Origin: Lama glama
Lineage: Eukaryota
Reading direction: 5' to 3'
DNA: 64,000 nt
Assembly: GCA_028534125.1 (NCBI GenBank)
Contig: CM052816.1
Coordinates: 44,208,001 to 44,272,000 of the forward strand
The notes under the pieces: model-generated
The model's database searches: none
What the model was told of the DNA's origin: nothing
The model's input: the letters and a program-made list of their open reading frames with translations, nothing else
Made by a program: the position numbers and the translations under genes
In this document: piece after piece, positions 36,752 through 48,795 of the stretch
Numbering within the stretch: the first letter of the stretch is position 1
Layout: the number at the start of each line of letters is the position of its first letter

Positions 36752-37445
36752 GTTGTATTTTTCTCCTTTTACACGGGACAATATCTCATTCTGATGGCTT
36801 TCATTTTCAAAATAATGGAAAGGGCTTTGGATCATTCTTTGGGAGGAAAAAGAGTTCTGTTGGGGTTTTTGTTTGGCTTTCTTATAGAGATTTTTTTGTT
36901 GTTGTTTGCTTGGTTTTTTGTTGTTGTTGCTTTGTGGAGAGTACATTTCTGACATCTGGATATAGTGTTTTTAAGTGATTTCGGGATATCATTGCAAAGC
37001 AAGTTAGTGTCACTCAAGAATAACGAAACATTCCCTTCCAGTCTATATTTCATTAAAATTTAGGTCAAGATGAATCTACATCAAATATTCAGAATGAAGT
37101 ATTTTGAAAGCTTTCAAGACTGCCATGTATGCAGTTAACGTCTTTCTCTAGGAGGAATGAGGCGTCAGACTCACTACCTGAGTTTTTTTGTTCTCAAAAT
37201 CTTTTTTTCCCCCTAATGCCAGCAAAAAAAAAAAACCTTAATTGGAGTTGTGTAAGGATGCTTTCTTTCACTCAGAGTATCTTCTAGGAATTCAATGAAG
37301 TATGTTTTAACGAATGTGGCCTTACTGTCCCTTTTGGTGCTTGGTTCCTTGTAAGGCCCCTATTCTGTGGTCACAGAACACAAACCTAAAACTTTCTCTT
37401 GAATGGCATCTTCATTAGACTACCTCATTTATGTTTTAAAACGTA

Positions 37446-37660
37446 TTACTATCAATAAAATAGATAACAAGGACCTACTATATAGTACAGGGAACTATAT
37501 TCCATTTCTTCTTATAACACAGAATGAAAAAAAAATCTGAAAAGAAAAAAAAATCTGAAAAAAAAAGTATGTTTATGTGTAACTGAATCACTTTGCTGTA
37601 CACGTGAAACTAACATTGTAAATCAACTACACTTTGATACAAAATTTAAAATAAATAAAT
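37446..37660 (+). mobile_element. Truncated L1 3'UTR end (artiodactyl-type)
   Basis: aaaatagataacaaggacctactatatagtacagggaactatatt...gtaactgaatcactttgctgtacacgtgaaactaacattgtaaatcaactac plus an A-rich tail. Confidence 0.88.
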
Positions 37661-38052
37661 ACATGAAGAAAAGCATATGTTGAGAAAGGAGACATTTAGA
37701 AATATTTATGGAGATGGGGAAGAAACAGTACAACTTTAAAATGTTTTAGAATTAAAACAACAAACATTTCTAGATACCCTTGAGGGAAAAAATAGGGGGA
37801 ATAGAGTCAGTAACCAGTGTTGCTGTGGTGTCAGGCAGCATGAGGACAGAAAGTTGGTGATGATGCAGGTGACAATGATGCTGATTTCGGAAGAAGGAGA
37901 CTATGGTTGTTAAATGTGGGATCATCATTTCAGCCTGAGTGGTGAGAATGGAAAATGCATTTCAGAGAGTGAAAAATGATTAAATGGAAAGAAAGTGGAA
38001 CTTGAGGCTGTGGACCACATATGTGAGAAATTTGGTAATCAAAAGAGAAAGA

Positions 38053-38201
38053 GGGGAGAGTATAGCTCAGTGAGAGAGGGCGTGCTTAGCATACACAGAG
38101 GTTCTGGGTTCAATCCCCAGAACCTCTATTAAAATAAATTTAATTAATTCAATCAATCAATCAATCAATCAATAAAATTATCCTCCCCCAAATAGCATTA
38201 A
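38053..38201 (+). mobile_element. Camelid tRNA-derived SINE (Vic-1-like) with (TCAA)n in its tail
   Basis: ggggagagtatagctcagtgagagagggcgtgcttagcatacacagaggttctgggttcaatccccagaacctc, with A box and B box GGTTCAATCC. Approximate TSD aaaagagaaaga / aaaagagagaga. Confidence 0.92.
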
Positions 38202-39267
38202 AAAAGAGAGAGAAAGGCTAAGAATACTCAATAAAATAAATTTGTACAACGAGGTTTTTGTATATTTAAAGGAAGAAAAGGATAAACTGAATGAAGAGGG
38301 AGAGGAAAGAATACAAAGGGATGGAGTCTACGGCATGGATTACCTTCCAAAATTAGAAGACAAAATATGTAGCTTTTTCACATTGGTTAAGAAGTCATGG
38401 AAAATAAGAACAAAAAATAAAAGTGCGGTGAGATAAAGGGACATTCATTGAGTGGGTTCGTTCTTTTCAGTAAATTAGAAAGCAAAGATTGTACCTCATT
38501 TAGAAAATTGCCTCAGACATTCCTCAGGAAAAAATTGTTGCATAAAGGATCTGACTTCGGCTGACAAGCTTCTTTAAAAGCATCAAAATCAGCAGTAACT
38601 CTCTGGCTGTTTGTAGCTAATAGACAATTCAGATGTTCAGTAGAAAGGTCAAAGAAAATATTATGTTCTTTAGAATGCATAGCAAATAATTAGATTAACT
38701 GCATTTCTCAATTTTTGATTGTATGTATGCAGCAAATTGCTATGATCACACTATTGTCTCCAAATAGAGCCAAAGTTGATCAACTTAAATGTTCATTGTA
38801 TAGTATCTGTTGTACAACTTTTATACTTTATACCATGTAAAATGAATTCAATTACAATGAATACAAAATACTACAAATTTCAGCAATACGAATCATAAGA
38901 TTGACTTTATGAGAGAGAGAGAGAAAATTGTACAAGGCTTTTGTGTCCTAGTCAGGTGTCAACATAGTTTACCTGGTGTCTAAATGTTGAGCATATTTTA
39001 TTGCCAAATACTGAACTAATGATCATTGGTGTAGTTAGCCTTGTCTTGGTAATCTGTTATAATGTAAGGTTAAGTTCTCAGCATGACTGAGAAAAAAATA
39101 AAGAACAGAAAAGTTTCAGAATAAAAGAAGAATATACTTTTCTATTTAAGGAAAACACTACAACACCTATTTCTTATACCTACTCAGTTCCTCAGAGAGT
39201 TCAAAGTTTCCATTTCCAAAAGCATTTTATCTTTTATTAGTTCCTTGACTTTAAAATGTTTTTTGTT

Positions 39268-39968
39268 TATGGCATTTATTCCAAAGAAATAAAAACTTAT
39301 GTTTACAGAAAAACCTGTATGTGAATTTCCATAGCAACTTTCTCCTTAAGAGACAAAAAAAAAATGGAAACAACCAAAACATCCTTTAGTATGTGAATGA
39401 GTAAACAAACTGTGGCATGTTCATGCCATGGAATACTACTCAGCTATAAAGAAAGAACCACTATTGACGCATATAACTCAGATGGATTTCGAGGGAATTA
39501 CACTAAAATGAGAAAAGCTGATCCCAAATAGTACTTACTGTATTATTTGATTTATATAACATTCTTGAAATGACAAAATTATAGAGTTGGAGAATGGGTT
39601 GGTGATTGCCAGGGACTGAGGAGGGAGGAAGAGAAAAATTTGTTTTTGGGTATAACATGTAGCACAAGGGTTCTTACAATGGAACTGTTGTGCATCTTCA
39701 CTGTGTTGGTGGTCAAAGGAATCTACAAAAGTGGTGAAATCAAATAAAGTCAAATGCACACATGAACATAAATGGGTGGATATGAAACCGATGAGATATG
39801 ACTGAGGTTGGTGGATTGTGTCAGTGCCTATTTCCTGGTTGTGATACTGTGCTTTCGTTAGGCAAGATGTCACATTTGAGGGAGCTGGGTGTAGGGTGCA
39901 TGAAATTTATCTACATTATTTTTTTAAACTGTATGAAAATCTACAATTATCCCAAAATAATTTTTAAA
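39268..39968 (+). mobile_element. L1MC/L1MB-like 3' end
   Basis: ggcatttattccaaagaaataaaaacttatgtt...catggaatactactcagc...ataacattcttgaaatgacaaaattatagag...tttcctggttgtgatactgt. Confidence 0.85.
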
Positions 39969-40724
39969 CAAAGATGCTGTTTATTTTCAAGGGAGAAAGA
40001 GATCAGTTTTAGCTGAGAAATTGGATGAGAGTAATGAAGGAAGCGTCATTTGAGTTATTAGCCTTTAGAAGTTTTATATGATCTTTTTAGGTGGAAATTT
40101 CCTGGGACTAAATATTCCATGTGGAGAGAAGAAAACAGACAAAAGTACTAGTGATATTCATTCTTTTTTTTCCATGCCCTTAAAAGTAAAAGAACAAAAG
40201 TGTTTTAGAGTTTTTTTTTTTTTTGTAAACCTGAAAGAAAAATGAACCCAACATAATGTAATTATAGTATTTATACTGCTGTTAACCTGTAATCATAGAG
40301 CACATTAGTGGAGGCAGAGAACTGTCATTGTGCCCCCAAAATTATATTTTTCTCTCTCTGATGCTAAACACCTGTGGCTTCTTGGCAGTACTGCTGCTCT
40401 TACTCCAGGGACACTCATGGTTAAAGACAGAAGTTAATCTGTCATTATTATTTCCTTTCTCTTAAAACCATCATTTAAATCAGAAGTTACTAGATTTCTA
40501 AATGTTTGTGTCAGGACATCTTGTGACTCAGATTTTTATGATGTCCAGATCTCTTCTGAAATGAGATGCAGTGTTCATAATGAGTATGTAGGAAGTAGGT
40601 TTGTAACTGACTTGTTCTACATGGACACAAATCTTAAAATATCCCCTTAAATTATACATTTTTTAGCTTGATTTTCAAAGACCTATGTTTCAGAACATAG
40701 GAGGTAGTGAATTTCTTCCTCCAG

Positions 40725-40810
40725 CAAGGAAGCTGCTCAAGTACTTTCTCAGAGATACTGTCCCCAGTGGCCCCAAAAAATAGTACTTTGGACAACGATG
40801 TGTCACCTCG
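40725..40810 (+). other. Candidate internal exon (86 nt), unverified
   Basis: Acceptor atttcttcctccag|C and strong donor TCG|gtaagc. Open in two frames, including KEAAQVLSQRYCPQWPQKIVLWTTMCHL. Confidence 0.25.
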
Positions 40811-41939
40811 GTAAGCACCCTTCTCGTACCTTTTATCATATCCCACTTGTTAGTTTACTTTTACATAATCAGAGAGTAGTAAATGACTGTAATTGTACAG
40901 TAACTATGTACATCCCCTTTCTGAAAGATTATATTTTCACTCTGAGATTAAAAGATACAAGAAAGTATGGTAAGAAAAAAGGAAGACACATTTGGTCCTT
41001 GAGCCCAAGGTTAATTCTTGCTTTTCCAAAGAAAGTTGATGTAAATATTCCAGGAGGTAATAGGGCAAAATTTTAACAGACAGTAAGTAGTTTCTTCTAG
41101 GAAAAACCATGGAAAAATTTCCTCTCATTTTTTGATCTCTGGATAATTCTATGTTGCAGGTATATGGAATAGCCAGTTTCTTTAGCGTGTTATGTGGATT
41201 TATTCCTGTTTTGTGTTATCTCTGAAAATGAATGTTGAAGTGAACTTGTGGGACTGTCAGCTATGTGGTAGTTATGCCTAGAGCTTGCTTGTAGTGTACT
41301 AAGACATACCTACAACTAAGACAAAATTGGAATTGGTTGGAATTAAGGTCATGTCACACATTTCTGAATAGTTAGGGGTAACTAAATTATATAAATAGAA
41401 CCGTAAGTTAAATGACCTGGAAGATTGACTTTGTAAATATATCTCTAAAAAGGAAAGAATTCCTTTATCATAACCCATGTTTGCATTTTATGTAAAGATG
41501 TAGGTATTAATAGATAACTTTGGAGGGGAGGGCTTTTGGCTTTTTCAGGGTGAAACATGCATGGATCTGCTAGTTAATATAGAATGTTACCTATTATTGT
41601 ATAATATGTACTACACTACACTAGTGAAATGTCTCTCACCAGCAGAAATTTACATGTCAATGCTGATTCACACCAGTGGGAAAAAGCCAAAAATAAACTA
41701 CATTTTCTTTTCTTTTTCCCCCTTTTTTTTTTCTCCCAAGAAGTCAGTACTTAAACTCTAGTGAATTTTGAGAATTGCTCTAGAGACATGTTTTGCTCTG
41801 CCCTAAACTAGTAGAGCCTCCATTCACAATCCCCTTGATTTCTGGTCTGGTTTCATTGCTTCCCTACCCTTCCCTAAACTCCTGCTGGGCTTAATTTGTT
41901 ACTCAGTTTATTTCAACTAAAAACAAGAAACAAAAAACA

Positions 41940-43455
41940 GTTCACCCTTTTCTCCCATCCCCTGCTCCTGCTTCTTAAAACCATTCATCTGTTCTGTTCC
42001 TATGAGCTTGAGTTTTTTTAGTTTATTATTACTTTTTTTTCTGATTTCACATATAAGAGAGATAATATGGTATTTATATTTCTCTTTCTGACTTACTTTG
42101 CTTAGCATGATGCCCTTGAGGTCTATCCATGTTGTCACAAATGGCAAGATTTCATTCTCTTTATTACTGAATAATATTCCATTGTGTATGTATATATACA
42201 CACACACATACACACATATATACATATACATATATATATATATACACAGACACACACATACATACATAGATACCACATCACCTTTATCCATTCGTTCACT
42301 AATGGACACTTACGTTGTTTCCATATCTTGGCTATTGTAAATAATGCCTGGGGGTATACAGATGGCTCTTGAGATAGTGATTTTGTTCCCTGTGGATGTA
42401 TACCCAGAAGTAGGATTGCTTAATCACACGGCAGTTCTAGTTCTAATATTTTGAGGAAACTTTGTACTATTTTCCAAATGGTTGCACCAATTTACATACC
42501 CATTAAGAGTACACAGGGTTCTTTTTTCTTTACATCCCCACCAACACTTGTTATTTCTTGTTTTTTTAATAATAGCCATTCTGACAGGTGTGAGGTGGTA
42601 TCTCATGATGATTTTGATTTGCATTTCCCTCATGATTAATTATGTTGAGCATCTTTCATATACCTGCTGGCCATCTGTATGTCTTTTCGGAAAAATGTCT
42701 ATTCAGATCCTCTGTCCATTTTGTAATCACATTGTTTTTGGGGTTTTTTTGTTTGTTTGTTTGTCTTTTTGCTTTTGAAGATGTCTGAGTTCTTTGTATG
42801 TTTTGGATATTAGCCCCTTATTAGGAAAATGATTGTAAAATATTTTTTCTCATTCCCTAGCTTGGCTTTTCATTTTATTGATGGTTTCCTTTGCTGTGCA
42901 GAGGGTTTTCAGTTTGTTATAGTCCCACTTGTTTATTTTTGCTTTTGCTGCTTTTGTTTTTGTTGTCAAATTCAAAGAACGTTGCCAAAATTTATGCAAA
43001 GGAGCTTACCAACTATGCTTTCTTCTAGGGGTTTTATAATATAAATTATAATTATGTAAGTTTATTATAAGTTTATAAATTATATTATATAATTTTATAT
43101 ACTATATATTTTGTAATTACAGTAATCACTATCAGGCCTTAGGTTCAAGTCTTTATTCCATTTTGAGTTAATGTTTGTGTATAGTGTATGGTAGTGGTCC
43201 AATTTCACTGTTTTGCATATGGCTGTTCAATTTCCCTAACACTGTTTTCTGAAGAGACTATTCTTTCCTCATTGCATATTCTTGGCTCTTTTGTTGTGAA
43301 TGAATTAACTGCATATGTGTGGGTTTATTTTGGGGCTGTCTATTCTGCTTCATTTAACTCTATGTCTGTTTTTATGCTAATGCCATACTGGTTTAATTGC
43401 TATAGCTTTGTGATATCATTTGAAATCAGGGAGTATTATGCCTCTCATTTATTCT
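41940..43455 (-). mobile_element. L1 3' portion (ORF2 C-terminus plus partial 3'UTR) with internal (TA/CA)n expansion at 42185-42272 and AT-rich low complexity at about 43035-43130
   Basis: Minus-strand peptides [33 protein letters not shown] and ILPFVTTWIDLKGIMLSKVSQKEKYKYHIISLIC. Confidence 0.93.
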
Positions 43456-43479
43456 TTAAAAATTTATCGAGAATTTTTA

Positions 43480-44544
43480 GATATCAGGCACTGCGCAGGA
43501 TGTTAGGAACCATAAGCAAGCAAAAACCCATAACATGTAAACTGCAACTTGCTGGAGTGAATTAAATATAATCAAATATTGTACAAATGTATCTATAATT
43601 TTAGCTCTGGCTGCTATGGAAAACAAACCACAAGAGGAACATTTTCAAAGATGTGCAATTAATTAGTTATACAGTAATATTTCGAGTGAGAGGAACTGAT
43701 GCAAGGCATGTTTAGATATTTTTAAAAATAATTTTAATAAGAAAATGGTATGTGAATTAGAAATACGGTTATGGACATAGGTTTAACATCAAAAACTTAT
43801 GTATCTGGCTCCCCATTTATATCAGGCACTATACTAAATGCTGAGAAGGGATCAGCATGCTGTTTCATAAAATTCTAGTAGGTGGAGAAGAAGCAAAACT
43901 AAACAAGATATTTATTGAACATGATAAATCTTTACAAGAAAACAAAACTAGATGGCATGCTAAAGTAACTGATCATGGTGCTAGTGGTGGGCTCAATAAA
44001 GCACTTAAAGAAATAGTCAGACAAAGCCTCTCAGAACAAACTACCTTTTAGCTGAAACCTGGAAGAATGTAGCCAGCCACTGGAAATAGGAATAGAAGAC
44101 ATTCTAGGCATAATTAAAGCACACAAAAGGGCCTGATATGGAAAACTCCTTGGCATATTAGATAAAAAGAGGCTACACAGAGCTTAGCGAGCAAGGGGTG
44201 TGATACAAGGTGAAGTTAGAGGAAAGTAGGGCCAGGTATTGCAGGACATTTTCAGCCATTGCAGGAGTTCAGATGTGGTTCTAACAGAAGAGTGTAAATG
44301 TTGTTCTAATTTAAGTGGGAAGTAATAAATCACAGATAAATTACATAATGCTTTATCTTTTTAAAGATTATTCTGAGTTTCTTAAGAAAAAAATGTGTTG
44401 GAAGGACGAGAAGAAGAACAGAGGGAAAAGTTTAGGAGTCTAAAATAGTGTCCAGATAAGAGAAGATTATTTAGATTATGGTGGTGACAATGGCGTTAAG
44501 AGAAATTTAAAATTATACATACATCTAAATATATATATATTATG

Positions 44545-44593
<49 letters not shown>

Positions 44594-46150
44594 TAATTCA
44601 AAGGCAGACATAATTGTAGGTAGAATTAACAGGATTTGCTGATGGACTGTGGACTGGCTTTAGATAATGAAAAAAAAAGAACTAGAGGTATTCTTGGTAT
44701 TCTTGAGAGTTTATTCCAAAAATCAGTTGGAAGTTAGTACCTTTTGCTAATAGGGAGAAGAGTATGAAAGGACCTGCTTCAAGGAGAACTCTCTATAACG
44801 AGAGTTTACTATTAGACATCCAGGCATTAAAGTTAATCCATTAGATCCAACTCAGGAGAGATATTGGGGGTGTATTTTGGTAGTCACCTGCATAGTAGTG
44901 GCACTTAAAACTTAACAGGCACTTGAGATTATCCAAGGAGAGAGGGTATATGAAGAACAAAAGAGGTTCCAGGTAGAGATGGGTAGAAAAGAGAAAGTAA
45001 AGGAAACTGAGAAGAAAGCAGTATAATAAAGGAAAATCAAGAGAGTGAGACGACAGTGAAGCCAAAGGAAGAGAGAGAAGCCACAGGAGTGCGGTCCACA
45101 GGTATGAAATGCCAAGTAAAATGGGAATGTAGATGTACCCAGTGGATTCGGTATAATGTAGGTTATTGGTCATTTTGACAAAGCATTTTACGGTCATAGA
45201 AAAAAAACAGAAGCAAGGCTGAGAACTGTGTTGTTAGCAGGATGTGAGTAAGCAAAATATTTGTTAAAAGGGAAAATGAGAAATGAGGGGACAATTTTAA
45301 GCACAGGAGATGCTAGAGCATATGAAGTTTATACAGTATATGTAGCTGTTGTAGCTGATGATAGGAGATAATGATGCCAAGAGAAAGAGAAATATGAAAG
45401 AGCTAATAGGGGATGGGGTACAAAATATAGTGGAAGGAAAGATTGGTTTCCTTCCGTTTTAGTAGGGAAGGAGACCATGTTTGAGGATTTTGGTATTTTT
45501 GATGAAATTTGAGCCAAGGTCATCAACTAAGGAGTGAGTGAGATTGGAGCATGGTGGTTATGAAAAATAGAAGGAGGTATGAAACAGTCACTAGAGAGAG
45601 TAGGACAGTTAATTCATTAAGAGAAATAGAGTAGAATCTCTGTAGTTATTAGCATCTATTGAAAATTAAGCTTATGAATATAATCAGTGAACCTGGTTTT
45701 CTTTCAGCTATAGTCAGTGGCAGGCAGCTGGAGTGGAGAAGGGAGAAATTTCTAGGGGTCAGCTATCACTATGAGATAAACATAATGAAGGGATGAAAGG
45801 GAAATGCAGTTTAACATATTTGTACCAATTGTAATGATGAATTATAGAATCTGAGCTAGTAAATTAAAGACAGGATGCGACTAATGGACAGTGACAAAAT
45901 TATGGAGCCAAGATCATTTTGGAGACCTTGACTTGTTGCAGTGGAGCTATGGGATTTGAAAGGGTAAGAGGTACCATCAATAGATGATAGAAATGGAAAT
46001 TTTTGTAGTGTGGCAGATTGCTGCTGATGACAGGTCTAGTGATGATCCTGGGACACAGCATCTGAGTTAAGGATGTGGGAAAATATTGTTAAAGCAGATG
46101 TCGAGAAGCCAAGAGGTGAGACATTTGAGGCAAGCCATCCACATATAAAG
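43480..46150 (-). mobile_element. Series of degraded L2 fragments
   Basis: L2 3'-end-like tcaggcact...ctagg/ctaaatgctg at about 43484 and 43822, followed by purine-rich L2 body motifs such as aacaggatttgctgatggactg and ttatccaaggagagagggtata. Confidence 0.65.
44529..44592. repeat. Compound (TA)n(CA)15(TA)n microsatellite
   Basis: Perfect CA run at 44551-44580 flanked by TA runs. Confidence 0.97.
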
Positions 46151-47494
46151 TTAGCACCAAGGAATATAATGCAACCAGTGTCTTCCAAGTCTTTCTGATA
46201 CCGAGCTCTCTGAGGGTTGGTAATAAAGACTCACCTTGGGGGCCAGTAAGTTATTGCCTTTTTTACATGGACATTAACAGGTTTTGCTGATAAATATGGA
46301 ATACAGAAGCATGTGTCCCTAATGTAATAACTTCCAAAGCCCTGACTTGTTCCGTAAGTTCTATTTTCCTTCTTCTTTTACAAATGCGAATGCAGATGAA
46401 TAGCAAGGAGCCTGATGTTCCAGAATGAATTTTATCTACCTCAGTTCTTATCTACATATCGCCACCTGTCTTCTGGTGTTGTGCTTTGCCTGCTGGTTTG
46501 GAGCTTCTGATATAGTGGGATATATTTTCACATACAAGATGGATACATTTATTTCCGCTAATATTTTCCACAACTCTTCTTCTTCTACCATTTGATCAGA
46601 TATGTCTTGGAGTATCCATTGCCTTATGAAAATTACATTGGTTGAACCACAGAAAAACCTTTGAGTTCCAAAACCTAAGCTTTAAAATTGGACTGAAGTG
46701 CGTCAAGGCACAGACCAACATGGGACGTGAGGACTACTCTTTTCTAGCTTCTGAAATTAGATCGGGTATACTGGCTGCTGCTGCATCTCTGCAGGGGCCC
46801 ATCAGCACTGTTTCAGCCTCCTGTGTGTTTGTCAAATAAATGAGGGTGTGTTCCCTGACCAGATTTGTATATCCCACCCTTCTGGTGTTTCCTGATGATT
46901 GCCTGAAACACATCAGAATTCGTCATGTACTTTGGAGGCTAAATCTAGACCAGCTCCACTTCTCTCTCTTCTACAGCCAGTTCAGTCTCAGCTTCCTCTC
47001 CCTTTCTGTTCTGGTTCTGTTGATTTGGCTCCAGTTTGTTTCTTGACTGACAGTCTCTGCCAGAGTCCTGCACACAAAACTCATGTATAAGAAAATGAGT
47101 TTCCTCATTTTCCTTGAAAAATCTGTCACTTACTTGGGGTTAGGAAACAGGGGAGGGCTTGGGACTGAGAGAAATTCCTCTGCTGTGGGGGCAAGCATGC
47201 AAATGTGAAAGGGGAATCTGGAAGCAAATGTAGCTGAGGTTGGACTGTACCTTAATCCTACCTACTTTGGCAGTAAGGGTCTCCTTCGGGAAAAATAGCT
47301 CAGCAAGCCAACCCTGGGCTGCCAACATCTGAGGCACTGGCATCCATGAGCTGAGGTCACACAGAGGAAGGGGAGTGGCTTATGATAGTCACTCTGCCAT
47401 GTGATTCAGGCAGGTGATCATAGAAACATTAAAGCACTAAATGAGAAGAAGAATGATTGCTAACATAAACTGTTTATGTTACAAACATATTCTA

Positions 47495-47645
47495 TCTTAG
47501 AAGAAATTTATGAAGTAGGGATTCTGTTATTATTCTCAGCTTACATGGGAAGAATATGAAATCTGGAGATGTTAGGCAATTTGCCCAAATTTGCCAGCAA
47601 ATACATGCCAGAGCCAGTGCATGAATTTCATTTTTCCCATTCTAA
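47495..47645 (-). mobile_element. MIR SINE
   Basis: tatgaagtaggg...ttattattctcagcttacatgggaaga...gagatgttaggcaatttgcccaaatt...gccagagcc. Confidence 0.65.
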
Positions 47646-48679
47646 ACTGTCCCTAGGTAAAGTTAGGCTGCTACTAAAGGCAAGTGACAGTGGACCTCAA
47701 TTTCCATATCTGTCAAAGGAGGGGTTGAACTTGAAGTGCCCCAGTGCTAACATGCATCATTTTCCTGGAGATTTATAAGCAACATTATTCCCATTTAAAA
47801 CACCTGCAAAAGCACTATTTGTGAATTTGCCATATGTTTTCAGTAGAAAGATTACACTTATTTCCCCATGGAGTAATGTGCTAAGAATGTTTTTGTAGGT
47901 TTGCTGTTTGTGATGAAGTATTTCAGATTATTTTATGTTTTTAATATGTCACGTGAAATCTTAGGAAAGTAGTAGATAAAAAGAGAACACATATGTTTCT
48001 TAGTGGACTAAATCTAATCACCTTCTGTCTGAGTTATTCACAAGGCGAAAAAGAAAATTGGAGTGACTGCAAGAATTCATCAGGATCCAAGATTTTCAAG
48101 CACGTGAATTATTTATAGTACTGTCTAGATTATTATAACTATATACTATATTACTATCAAGACATTCATGAGTTTGAAAAACACAGATTTGTAAATTTTT
48201 AAATATTCAGTCCTATGAAAATGCTATTTTTACAACTTTTAAGTAACACTTTTATTTTTAGGGATATATTTTGAGAATTACAAATGTCATTATTTTATTT
48301 GGTTTCAATGCCCTGACTGGCTATTAATATTCTTTTCTTACTCTATCTAAAATTTTCCAAGAAGAAAAAGAAAAAAGCATATGGAGGGAGATAGAGTCAC
48401 AAACACTACATTTGATTTTTATTATTTTAAATAACAATGGATACTTTTAAATAGGGCGGAGAGGGGGTGTTGCCTAAATATATAACTGGCACACGGAAGA
48501 CCTATAACTCAGAGATCAGAAGATGAACTATTATTTTCTACTTCTGGCCATTTAACCCTGCTCTATGAAATCAAGCTTTCTGCTTACACTCAGATAATAA
48601 CAAATGTTTCCTGGTGACTTTTAGGAACAAACAGATAAGCAAAATCCTCAGTCACTAGTACACCTAGAGCCCATGCTTA

Positions 48680-48795
48680 TAGAAATGTTCTCGATCTGCA
48701 CTGTCCAATCAAGTAGCTACATGTAGTGATTAAGCCCTTGGAATATGAAATAGTGTGACTGATGAACCCGATTTTTAATCTTACTTAATTTTAAA
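48680..48795. mobile_element. MER3-like hAT MITE fragment
   Basis: gaaatgttctcgatctgcactgtccaat...gtagc...acatgt...tagtgtgactgatgaac...tttttaatcttacttaatt. Confidence 0.65.

Noticed and set aside
33057..37053. Hydrophobic 60-134-aa ORFs resembling small membrane proteins
   Set aside because: F/L/I-rich translations are a by-product of T-rich DNA; no domain support.
38053..38125. tRNA gene
   Set aside because: A/B boxes are present, but the AT-rich tail, TSD and similarity to two other copies identify a SINE.
40873..40969. Exon-like segment (aatcag|...ATG|gtaaga) next to candidate exon B
   Set aside because: The intron from 40811 would be only about 62 nt, and the phase-matched frame hits a stop almost immediately.
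46450..46825. CTCF-like (cgccacctgtc) and REST-like (tcagcactgtttcagc) motifs
   Set aside because: Only partial matches, with key positions or spacing wrong.
47461..47481. Perfect inverted repeat taacataaac-t-gtttatgtta
   Set aside because: Roughly one 10-bp-arm palindrome with a short spacer is expected by chance in 64 kb of AT-rich DNA.
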